Below are positions 16,760 to 24,838 of a stretch of 32,000 nucleotides of DNA, one piece after another. Origin of the DNA: Allobaculum fili (lineage in GTDB: Bacteria > Bacillota_I > Bacilli_A > Erysipelotrichales > Erysipelotrichaceae); NCBI RefSeq assembly GCF_020969955.1, contig NZ_JAHDSX010000006.1, positions 1 through 32,000 of the forward strand. The letters run 5' to 3'. Numbering within the stretch: the stretch's first letter is position 1; every line of letters starts with the position of its first letter. The notes under the pieces were generated by a model, which worked only from the letters and a program-made list of their open reading frames with translations, had not been told where the DNA came from and did not search any database. The translations under genes and the position numbers were made by a program.

Positions 16760-16785
16760 GACGCCGCAGACCGGCGTCTTTTTTG
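16760..16785 (+). terminator. Rho-independent terminator of the SRAP gene
   Basis: GACGCCG (16760-16766) pairs with CGGCGTC (16772-16778), followed by TTTTTTG. Confidence 0.8.
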
Positions 16786-17019
16786 AACCGCTTTTCAACC
16801 GATCTTTTCAGCCGCTTCTTTCAACCGTTCTTACCCCAGGAAAAGAATCGTTTCATCTTTCCTTAATCCCGGTCTGGAAGGATAAGAGCGGCAGCTGCTC
16901 TCCGGAAAAAGAAAAAGAGATCCGGTCGCGCTGGCAAAACCTTCCGCCAGAACTCCAGATCTCAAACCATTCCGACTGTATGGACGCACCGATCGGCTTG
17001 AAAACGGATGATTCGAAAC

Positions 17020-17430
17020 TCAGCCGGTATAGGCGTCCTGGGCGCGGTTGGAAAAGTCCTGCTTTTCCAGCCATTCTTTTTCTTCTTCTGTTTCCGGAAT
17101 ATCGATCCGTTCAATCTTGAAAATCACCGGCCGCGTGCCGTCGTTGCAGCAGGCGATCATCATCCGCTCATCGTTCGTCCATTTATACATGATCGATCCG
17201 CCCTGCAAAGCCGCGGAAATGTAGCGGCTGATGGCATCCCACGCTTCTCCGCAAAACCTGCCGTTCATGAGATGGTAAAAATCGTCCTGTTTTTCCGTCC
17301 GCTTGAGAACAAACGTATCGCCGGGCTTAAAAAACGGACACGGTCCGGACTTTGGATTGGCCAGATACTGCTGCTGAAGCTCTGGAAACACTTTGGTTTC
17401 CAGTACGGTCACTTTACATTCGTGCTGCAT
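17020..17430 (-). CDS. TIGR04076-family protein (uncharacterised Cys-rich small protein)
   Basis: GGAGGTG RBS. The pattern CKVTVL...GPCPFF...FCGEAWDAI...MIACCNDGTRPVIFKIERI matches my memory of TIGR04076 members. It carries an extra acidic C-terminal tail. Confidence 0.7.
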   Translation of the reverse strand: MQHECKVTVLETKVFPELQQQYLANPKSGPCPFFKPGDTFVLKRTEKQDDFYHLMNGRFCGEAWDAISRYISAALQGGSIMYKWTNDERMMIACCNDGTRPVIFKIERIDIPETEEEKEWLEKQDFSNRAQDAYTG

Positions 17431-17658
17431 CTGCGCACCTCCTTTTTTCTTCTATTATCTTCTCGTATTCTGACGGTACTGTCGCCTTTTTGGCAGAAGG
17501 TCTGCCGCCTGCATGCTCTGCAATCTGGGCCGGTCTTTCCCTGCTCTGCCGGTTCTGCAATTCGGTATACAATAAGGGACGCAGGTACTCCAGACGATTT
17601 GAAAACAACGATTTGATTTTTCGCCGTTCTGGATACCGTTTAAAGAAGGACTCTCGTT

Positions 17659-18288
17659 ATGAATGAAAAACTGATTAAAGAACGTCTGAACGATCCAAAG
17701 GTCACGCTCGTTGCGGTGACGAAAAAGCATTCCAAAGAAGAAGTCGATGAACAGTACCGTCTCGGGGTTCGCACGTTCGGCGAAAACCGCGTACAGGAAT
17801 TTCTTGAAAAATACGATCCGAACTATACCTGGCACATCATTGGCCATCTGCAGACGAACAAAGTGAAATACGTTGTCGGCAAAGTCGCCATGATCGAATC
17901 CGTGGATTCGAAAAAGCTGGCCGCGCAGATTGAAAAGGAAGCCGCCAAGCAGAATCTGGTCCAGGACATTCTGATCGAAGTGAAAGTGTCGAAAACGGAT
18001 GAAACCAAAACCGGCCTTCCGCCCGAAGAACTGGACGATCTGCTCGCGTACTGCGATACGCTTGAGCACGTTCGCGTACGCGGTCTGATGACGATCGCCT
18101 CGCTCAATCAGCCCGAGGAAGTCAACCGGGAAGAGTTCACGCTGCTTCATTCCCTGTTTGAAAAACATAAGGCAAACCGCCCCGATTTTGAGTATCTGTC
18201 CATGGGCATGAGCCATGACTACAAGCTGGCTATCGCCTGCGGAAGCAATATGGTCCGCATTGGAACGGCCCTTTTTGAGAACGCCTGA
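17659..18288 (+). CDS. yggS: YggS/YlmE-family pyridoxal-phosphate homeostasis protein
   Basis: Contains VAVTKKHS (PLP lysine), FGENRVQE, HIIGHLQTNKVKY, SMGMSHDY and VRIGTALF. Confidence 0.93.
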   Translation: MNEKLIKERLNDPKVTLVAVTKKHSKEEVDEQYRLGVRTFGENRVQEFLEKYDPNYTWHIIGHLQTNKVKYVVGKVAMIESVDSKKLAAQIEKEAAKQNLVQDILIEVKVSKTDETKTGLPPEELDDLLAYCDTLEHVRVRGLMTIASLNQPEEVNREEFTLLHSLFEKHKANRPDFEYLSMGMSHDYKLAIACGSNMVRIGTALFENA

Positions 18289-18515
18289 TCACGGCGTTCT
18301 TTTCTGTGAACGCACGTCTCTGATTTTATAAAATGTCTATCATCCTTTACGTATCGGTTTTTTCCAATTCTGGTAAATTTTGTTTTCAAATCGGAATCTG
18401 TCGGACGATGTGATAGAATTACGTATCGCGCGGCGGACGTCGACGGACGCCATCCATTGATATCCGCCATGAATAACGATCGTCTGCGCAAAGACCGGGA
18501 AAGGAGGAAGGCCGT

Positions 18516-19541
18516 ATGGCAAAACAGAAACTGAAACTCAAACGTTCCGCGGCCGCCGTCCTGTACGGACTCGGTCTGCTTGCGGTAACGACCGCTTTAT
18601 ACGCGCTGTTCCCTTCCGCCTTTGAAAACGGCAAGAATGCACAGACGTCTTTCACAACTGCCGCCCTCGCCCAGAGTCCGCAAAACGCAGACGCGGCTTC
18701 TTCCAGTTCCTCGAGCGATCGTTCGAGCGCTCAGGCGTTGGAAGGTTTATCCTCTGCAGAGACGGAAGTCTCCGCTTCATCGGATTCTGCCGATGCGGCT
18801 TCGACGCAGACGGGAAGCGAAACGAGCGAGACCCTCGAAGAAACCGCCAGAAAAGCGGCCGCTTCTTCCAAAGACGATTACGGCTTTGCGATTCGTGAAG
18901 CCGACGGTCAGAATGCGAAAACCATTCTGATTGACGCCGGTCACGGCGGATCGGATCTTGGCGACGGCGCCAAAGACGGCAGTCAGGAAAATAATATCGT
19001 TCTCGACTACGCGAAAAAGCTCAAAGCCCATCTTGAAAAGCAGAATCCCGATCTTCACGTTGTCCTCACCCGTGAAGACGATACCCGTTTAGGCAGCAAC
19101 GACTGGAACGATACGGCCGCCCGCATCCAGAAGCAGGAAGACGTGCAGGCCGATTACGTAATTTCTCTGCATGCGCACGCCAGCGATGACCCTTCCGCCA
19201 GCGGCTTTCAGATCATCCTCAACGATGACGATGACATGGCTAAGGATCTCGCCAGCCGGATCGTCGAAAACTTCGCGACGGTTTCCTGGCTCCCCGATCG
19301 CGGTATTGTCTTTACCCGCGACTATCCCCTGCAGATGATTTCCATGTCCAATGCGCACGCGATTGAACTCGATCTCGGACTGTTAAGCTCGGATACCGAT
19401 CTTTCGTATCTTAAGGATTCCGCCCGCCTGGAACAGTCCGCCGCAGCAGCCGCTGCTGCCATTTCCGATACGATTCTCTACAACCCGGGCGCACCGGGCT
19501 ACGCATCCAGACAGAAGCAGAATGCGGCCTCTCGATCCTGA
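18516..19541 (+). CDS. N-acetylmuramoyl-L-alanine amidase (Amidase_3 family), membrane-anchored with a Ser/Ala-rich linker
   Basis: AAAGGAGGAAGG RBS. The N-terminus has a TM helix. Motifs IDAGHGGSD, QENN, ISLHAHA and IELDLG are present. Confidence 0.88.
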   Translation: MAKQKLKLKRSAAAVLYGLGLLAVTTALYALFPSAFENGKNAQTSFTTAALAQSPQNADAASSSSSSDRSSAQALEGLSSAETEVSASSDSADAASTQTGSETSETLEETARKAAASSKDDYGFAIREADGQNAKTILIDAGHGGSDLGDGAKDGSQENNIVLDYAKKLKAHLEKQNPDLHVVLTREDDTRLGSNDWNDTAARIQKQEDVQADYVISLHAHASDDPSASGFQIILNDDDDMAKDLASRIVENFATVSWLPDRGIVFTRDYPLQMISMSNAHAIELDLGLLSSDTDLSYLKDSARLEQSAAAAAAAISDTILYNPGAPGYASRQKQNAASRS

Positions 19542-19660
19542 ACCCGACAGGATCGGTGATCAATTTTTGTTTTTTCCTGTCTTTCATCTTTTCTTTTGAA
19601 CTCTTCAGAATCCCGCTTCCTGCGCGGATTTCTGTCTTTTGATTTTTAAAGGAGGTATAC

Positions 19661-20584
19661 ATGCCATCCCCTTCCCCAAAAAAGCAGCGCAAAGGCAAAA
19701 ATAAGGCCGCGCATGCTGGACTGTATTTCGCGCTCCTGCTCTGCCTTTCCATCGTTCTTTATTCCACGCTGTTTACCCGGGCCTATTCCCCCGTCCAGCA
19801 GCCTCCTGAACCGAAAACTTCCAAGACTTCCCAGTCGCAGACATCCAGCACCCAGACGTCGGTCGCGTCGACCGAACCGACCCCGCCGACGTATAAAACG
19901 TATCCGGATACCGGAGAAAAAGTGGCTACCGTTCTCATCGATGCCGGTCATGGCGGCGTAGACGGCGGCAAAACGACCGATAACGGCACGCTGGAAAAAG
20001 ATCTGAACCTGGCGATCGCCATGAAAATGGGTCAGTATCTCGAACAGCTGAATCCTCAGATCGAAGTTAAATACATCCGTCAGGACGACAATGTGTTCTG
20101 GGGCGATGTCGAATCCGATGACCTCAATTACCGTCTTGCCCAGCAATGGGAACAGGACGCGGATTATTACATCTCCCTTCACTGCAATTCCTTTGCGGAT
20201 CCTTCCGTCGAAGGCACGATCTTCTTCATCAACCCCGACGACTCGATTACCCGCGCGCTGACGGATAAAATGCACGAATATCTCAGCGCGATCGGCTGGG
20301 CGCAGAACTACCAGACGATCGACGATCAGCTTTTGCAGCTGGTGACCATGTCCGATATTCATTCGATGCTGATCGAGCTGGCGTACATGTCCAATCCGGA
20401 CGATCTTGCCAAGCTCAACAGCGAAGAAAAGCAGGACGAAGTGGCCGAAGCGCTCGCCGCTGCCGTTTCGGATTACATCATGGAAAATCCGGACGCCCCG
20501 CAGTACCAGAACCAGCGCTACCATCACGGTCAGCTCATTGAAAAAAAGGATTCTGCCAGCTCTTCTTCCGCCGCGGCTCAGTAA
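19661..20584 (+). CDS. N-acetylmuramoyl-L-alanine amidase (Amidase_3 family), second tandem paralogue
   Basis: AAAGGAGG RBS. A TM helix is followed by a Ser/Thr/Pro/Gln-rich linker. Motifs IDAGHGGVDGG, LEKDLNL, ISLHCNS and IELAYMSN are present. Confidence 0.9.
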   Translation: MPSPSPKKQRKGKNKAAHAGLYFALLLCLSIVLYSTLFTRAYSPVQQPPEPKTSKTSQSQTSSTQTSVASTEPTPPTYKTYPDTGEKVATVLIDAGHGGVDGGKTTDNGTLEKDLNLAIAMKMGQYLEQLNPQIEVKYIRQDDNVFWGDVESDDLNYRLAQQWEQDADYYISLHCNSFADPSVEGTIFFINPDDSITRALTDKMHEYLSAIGWAQNYQTIDDQLLQLVTMSDIHSMLIELAYMSNPDDLAKLNSEEKQDEVAEALAAAVSDYIMENPDAPQYQNQRYHHGQLIEKKDSASSSSAAAQ

Positions 20585-20628
20585 ACCGTTCTGCTTCTGA
20601 TCTTTCCGTCTTTCCATCTTGTCTTTTC

Positions 20629-20662
20629 CAGACTCTGTCCGCTCGACAGAGTCTGTTTTTTT
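20629..20662 (+). terminator. Rho-independent terminator after the amidase pair
   Basis: CAGACTCTGTC (20629-20639) pairs with GACAGAGTCTG (20645-20655), followed by TTTTTTT. Confidence 0.85.
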
Positions 20663-20676
20663 CTGGCATCCGATTG

Positions 20677-20694
20677 GATTGGATCGATCCAATC
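20677..20694. repeat. Perfect 18-bp palindrome GATTGGATCGATCCAATC upstream of gpmA
   Basis: Read directly from the sequence. An extra GATTG half-unit precedes it at 20672-20676. It lies 53 nt upstream of the gpmA ATG. Confidence 0.9.
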
Positions 20695-20746
20695 TGCTAC
20701 TCTTCGATTAGACTAAACTAACAATCAAAGAAAGGAGAGTCTGGAT

Positions 20747-21493
20747 ATGAAAAAACTTGTGCTGCTTCGCCATGGCGAAAGCGAATGGAACCGGAAAAAC
20801 CGCTTTACCGGATGGACGGATGTGGATCTGTCCGAAAAAGGGCATGAAGAGGCAAAAGAAGCCGGCCGTCTGCTCAAAGAGGAAGGCATCGTTCTCGACC
20901 GGGCCTACACCTCGTATTTGAAACGGGCCATTCACACGCTCAATCACGTGCTCGATGAACTGGATGAAAACTATATTCCCGTCGAAAAGACGTGGAAACT
21001 CAACGAACGGCATTATGGGGCACTCCAGGGACTGAACAAAGCCGGCACCGCCCGCAAATACGGAGACGAACAGGTTCTCATATGGCGGCGTTCTTTTGAC
21101 GGGCTGCCGCCCGTTCTGGATCCAGAAGATCCAAGAGCGCCGCAAAACCAGCCCCACTACGCCAAAATTCCGGCCGATGAACTGCCGCTGGCTGAATCGC
21201 TCAAGACGACCATTGAACGCGTCGTTCCGTACTATCTGGAACATATTGAACCGAAAATTCGCGACGGAGAGACCGTCATCATAGCCGCCCATGGCAATTC
21301 CCTTCGCGCGCTCGTGAAGTATCTGGACGGAATCGGCGATGAAGAAATCGTCAAGCTAAACATTCCGACCGGCGTACCGCTCGTCTATGAATTCGACGAC
21401 GATATGAACGTCCTGCGCCATTACTATCTGGGCGACGCGAAACAAATCAAAGCCAAAATGCAGGCGGTAGCCAATCAGGGAAAAGCGCACTGA
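20747..21493 (+). CDS. gpmA: 2,3-bisphosphoglycerate-dependent phosphoglycerate mutase
   Basis: Contains [10 protein letters not shown] (catalytic His), ERHYGALQG and [10 protein letters not shown]. Confidence 0.96.
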   Translation: MKKLVLLRHGESEWNRKNRFTGWTDVDLSEKGHEEAKEAGRLLKEEGIVLDRAYTSYLKRAIHTLNHVLDELDENYIPVEKTWKLNERHYGALQGLNKAGTARKYGDEQVLIWRRSFDGLPPVLDPEDPRAPQNQPHYAKIPADELPLAESLKTTIERVVPYYLEHIEPKIRDGETVIIAAHGNSLRALVKYLDGIGDEEIVKLNIPTGVPLVYEFDDDMNVLRHYYLGDAKQIKAKMQAVANQGKAH

Positions 21494-21498
21494 TTTTC

Positions 21499-21575
21499 GG
21501 TCGGATTCCGCTTTGGAATCCGACCATGAAAAAAAGACCATTTGTATGATATATAAAGTTCAGATGGTCTTTTTA
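21499..21575. terminator. Two hairpins between the convergent gpmA and CNNM genes (bidirectional termination region)
   Basis: GGTCGGATTCC (21499-21509) pairs with GGAATCCGACC (21515-21525). AAAAAGACCAT (21531-21541) pairs with ATGGTCTTTTT (21564-21574). Confidence 0.6.
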
Positions 21576-21608
21576 TTCTTGGAAAAATACGCTTAATCGC
21601 CAGTCGGA

Positions 21609-22955
21609 TTATTTCTGCTTTTTCCGATCCGTTTCGCCGGATTTTTCCTGGGAAGGTTCGGGTTTGGCTTCTTCTTTTGAAGCGCTCTTTTCTTCGGTCT
21701 GCGCGTTGGGATCCTGAATCATGAGCATGACTTCTTCGATTCGGTTTTTGTGCAGGGACGTTACGCGGACACTGAGTCCGTCATCAAGCTGGACGAGTTC
21801 GCCAAGCGTCGGGAAACGGCCGAGCTTTTCAATGAGCAGGCCGCCGATCGAATCGTAGTCTTCACTGTCCAGATGCAGCGACAGCGCATCGTTAAGATCG
21901 TGCAGGGAAAGATAGCCGCGCACTTTGTAGCGGCCAGGACCGACCTGAATGATGTTTTCATTTTCCGAAGCGTCGAATTCGTCCTGCACTTCGCCGACGA
22001 TTTCCTCAATGATGTCTTCGACCGTCAGAATGCCGGCCAGTTCGCCGTACTCGTCGAGCACGATCGTCATGTTGTACTGGTCTTTCTGCATTTCTTCAAG
22101 AAGCTCGTTAATGCCCTTGTTTTCAATCGTGAAATACGGCTTGCGAAGCATTTTCTTGAGATCAAACGGTTCATCGGGATCGTGGAAAATAAGATCTTTC
22201 ATGTTGAGGATGCCGATAATGTTGTCCGGATTGTCCTCATACACCGGGATTCGCGTAAAGTGGTCGCGATCGTAAATCTGCTTGAGCTCCTGGCTGGTGA
22301 TGCTCGAAGGAACGGACGTCACATGGACGCGGGGGACCATGATTTCGCGCGCCTTGGCATCAGTAAACTCAAACACGTTGCGGATCATATCGCGCTCGTC
22401 TGCTTCAATAACGCCTTCTTCATGCGATACATCCAGAATGGTGTGGAGTTCGCTTTCGGTAATCTGGGCGTTTTTCTGACTGCCCTTTACGCCGAACATG
22501 CGCAGGATCAGACCGGAGAAAATGTTGATGAACCAGATGACCGGCGTGAGAATCTGCATGAGAAAGCGGATAATCGGCGCGTACATCAGCGCGAACTTTT
22601 CCGAGCTGATCGTCGCCAGCGTTTTCGGGGTGATCTCGCCAAAGACCAGGATCAGAAACGTGATCAGAAAGGTCGCGATCGACACGGCGTAGCCGCCGAA
22701 TCGATAGGCGATCATGGACGACAGAGAGGCCAGGAACGTATTGACGAGGTTGTTTCCGATCAGAATTGCCGACAGCATTTTCGGCTCGTTTTCAAAAATC
22801 TGAAGCAGTATTTTCGCCCGTCGGTTGCCCTGATCCGCAAGCGTACGGATGCGGATGCGTGAAACAGCGACTAGCGAGGTTTCCGCCGAGGAGAAAAAAG
22901 CGGACAGAAGCAGGAGAACAACTAGCAGAATAATTTGGATTGTCAGTTCGTTCAT
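21609..22955 (-). CDS. Hemolysin-family / CNNM (DUF21)-CBS-CorC_HlyC membrane protein, putative divalent-cation (Mg2+) transporter
   Basis: The N-terminus has the 4-TM DUF21 domain (FFSSAETSL...GEITPK). A CBS pair and a C-terminal CorC_HlyC-like domain follow. Confidence 0.88.
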   Translation of the reverse strand: MNELTIQIILLVVLLLLSAFFSSAETSLVAVSRIRIRTLADQGNRRAKILLQIFENEPKMLSAILIGNNLVNTFLASLSSMIAYRFGGYAVSIATFLITFLILVFGEITPKTLATISSEKFALMYAPIIRFLMQILTPVIWFINIFSGLILRMFGVKGSQKNAQITESELHTILDVSHEEGVIEADERDMIRNVFEFTDAKAREIMVPRVHVTSVPSSITSQELKQIYDRDHFTRIPVYEDNPDNIIGILNMKDLIFHDPDEPFDLKKMLRKPYFTIENKGINELLEEMQKDQYNMTIVLDEYGELAGILTVEDIIEEIVGEVQDEFDASENENIIQVGPGRYKVRGYLSLHDLNDALSLHLDSEDYDSIGGLLIEKLGRFPTLGELVQLDDGLSVRVTSLHKNRIEEVMLMIQDPNAQTEEKSASKEEAKPEPSQEKSGETDRKKQK

Positions 22956-23139
22956 TCAGTTTTAGGTTTCCTTTCCTTCCTTTGGGGAAGTCATTTTTTA
23001 TCTGGGGATGAAGCAAAGAAGATGAAACGATTGTATTGGTTTGATCTTGTTTTTTGAATTTACTTTTTTGTGCGTTTGCCTGTTTATGGCCATGCACACG
23101 TACGATCTCTCAGACCGGGAAATCCATGGATAATCGGAT

Positions 23140-23880
23140 TTACTCGCCCATCGAAGCGGCAGGTTCTTTTTCTGCCTTCGGGAGCGCCTTTTTCTGCAGA
23201 TCGCTGACGCAGCGCGACGCCATGAGAATGCCGGCGGTTGACGGTACAAAAATCGAAGAAGGCAGCGGTTCGCCTTCTGGCATGGCCATCGGAATTTCCT
23301 TCGAGCAGACGGTCATGATCTTGCCGCGAATCCGGCTCTTGCGCTTCCACAGGCGAAGAATTTTCGCCATGGGATCGCCGGCCGTCTTTTCCAGTTCCAC
23401 GAGTTCCACTTTGGACGGGTCAAGACGTCTGGCCATGCCCATGCTGGAAATGAGCGGAATTTTTTCGCGCAGGCAGAAACGGATCAGGTCCTTTTTGGAG
23501 CCGATGGAATCAATGCAGTCGAGCACATAGTCCGGGTTCTGTTCGAGGAGCTGTTCGTCCATGTTTTCGTCGTACCAGCCAGTAAAGAGAACGACCTCGC
23601 AGCCCGGATTGATCTGCGCGATCCGCGCTTTCCAGACGTCGGTCTTATACTGGCCGATCGTGCTTTGCAGGGCGCAGAGCTGGCGGTTGATGTTCGTTTC
23701 TTCCACTACGTCCTTATCGATGAGCACAAGTCTGCCCACGCCGCTGCGCGCGAGCGATTCAATCGCAAAGGAACCGACTCCGCCGCATCCGGCGACGATC
23801 ACGCAGGCGTTTTTCAGGGCGTCCAGCCCTTCTTTTCCGTAAAGCAGGGATGCCCGCTTAAATGGATTTGTCTTTTCCAT
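23140..23880 (-). CDS. tcdA: tRNA threonylcarbamoyladenosine dehydratase (ThiF/E1-like family)
   Basis: Start placed at ATG 23880 (MEKTNPF...) after GGAGGA. Contains the nucleotide loop VIVAGCGGVGS and DKDVVEETNINRQ. It overlaps the miaA 3' end by 23 nt. Confidence 0.8.
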   Translation of the reverse strand: MEKTNPFKRASLLYGKEGLDALKNACVIVAGCGGVGSFAIESLARSGVGRLVLIDKDVVEETNINRQLCALQSTIGQYKTDVWKARIAQINPGCEVVLFTGWYDENMDEQLLEQNPDYVLDCIDSIGSKKDLIRFCLREKIPLISSMGMARRLDPSKVELVELEKTAGDPMAKILRLWKRKSRIRGKIMTVCSKEIPMAMPEGEPLPSSIFVPSTAGILMASRCVSDLQKKALPKAEKEPAASMGE

Positions 23881-24838
23881 ACCAGTCCTCCAGCGCATCG
23901 AAGATTGCCTGCTTATTGGCCGGATCAAACCAGTGCACCGGCATCTGGTGATTAAACCAGGTCATCTGCCGTCTCGCGTACTGCCGCGTATGCACCTTGA
24001 TCTGCTCTCGAATGGACTGAAGCATCGTTTCGCTTTCCGCTTCGGTCAGCTTTTTTGTACTCTGTCCGTTTTCATCGTCTTCCAGACGCTTGAGCCACGG
24101 CGCAAATTCCTTGTACCCGATGGCCTGAAAGCTGTTATACGTGCGGCTTTTCTCGGAAAGAAAGAGTGCACGTACTTCGTCTGCAAGTCCGGCATCAAAC
24201 ATCTGATCGACGCGGCGGTCGATGCGTTCAATTTCCAGGGCGCGGTCCGCTTTGAGACCGACCATATATACATCATAAATCGGCTCATGTTTCTGCCCGT
24301 TTTCACGCATGGATTTTGTTTTTCCCGAGCGGGCCATGAAAGCGGCGCGAAGCAGACGCTTGCGATTGTTGATGTGAATTTTTTCCAGGGCCTGCGGATC
24401 GAGTTCCTGCAAAAGCGCGTACAGTTCTTCGTTCGTTTTCGTCTCGAGCTCAGCCGTCAGTTTCTGATCTTCTTCGCTTTCCGATTCGTCTTCAAATTCG
24501 TAGTCGTAAAGCGCGGCTTTGACGTACAGTCCCGTTCCCCCGCAAAGAATCGGAACTTTGCCTTTTGCGCAGATTTCTTCAATTTTCTGACGGCAGAGCG
24601 TCTGGAACTTGCGGACATTCCAGGGCGTATCGATGTCTTCGATATCGATCAGAGAATGGGGAATGCCTTCCATTTCCTGAGGCGTAATTTTTGCGGTGCC
24701 GATATCCATGCCTTTGTACACCTGCATCGAATCCGCCGAAATGATTTCTCCATTGAGCCGTCGGGCCGCTTCAATCGCAATGGAGCTTTTTCCGGAAGCC
24801 GTCGGGCCGACGATTGCGATCACCTTATGCACGTTCAA
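23858..24838 (-). CDS. miaA: tRNA dimethylallyltransferase
   Basis: The P-loop is GPTASGKS, followed by ISADSMQVYKGMDIGTAK and the usual IPP-transferase layout. Confidence 0.95.
   Translation of the reverse strand: MNVHKVIAIVGPTASGKSSIAIEAARRLNGEIISADSMQVYKGMDIGTAKITPQEMEGIPHSLIDIEDIDTPWNVRKFQTLCRQKIEEICAKGKVPILCGGTGLYVKAALYDYEFEDESESEEDQKLTAELETKTNEELYALLQELDPQALEKIHINNRKRLLRAAFMARSGKTKSMRENGQKHEPIYDVYMVGLKADRALEIERIDRRVDQMFDAGLADEVRALFLSEKSRTYNSFQAIGYKEFAPWLKRLEDDENGQSTKKLTEAESETMLQSIREQIKVHTRQYARRQMTWFNHQMPVHWFDPANKQAIFDALEDWYGKDKSI

Noticed and set aside
16786-16832. Short direct repeats CGCTTTTCAACCGATCTT and CGCTTCTTTCAACCGTTCTT, with AACCG occurring three times, just after the SRAP terminator.
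   Set aside because: They are short, imperfect and T/C-rich. They lie between two convergent genes where no promoter is expected. This is most simply chance or a remnant of slippage.
16853-17074. A 73-aa minus-strand ORF downstream of the TIGR04076 gene.
   Set aside because: It overlaps the 3' end of the TIGR04076 gene out of frame, has no RBS, and its sequence is not protein-like.
18289-18515. A possible ydaO/c-di-AMP riboswitch upstream of the first amidase, which is a common context for that riboswitch.
   Set aside because: The leader is too short. I could not find the conserved pseudo-twofold elements such as the ACGGGG/CCCA-type motifs. Only a covariance-model scan could settle it.
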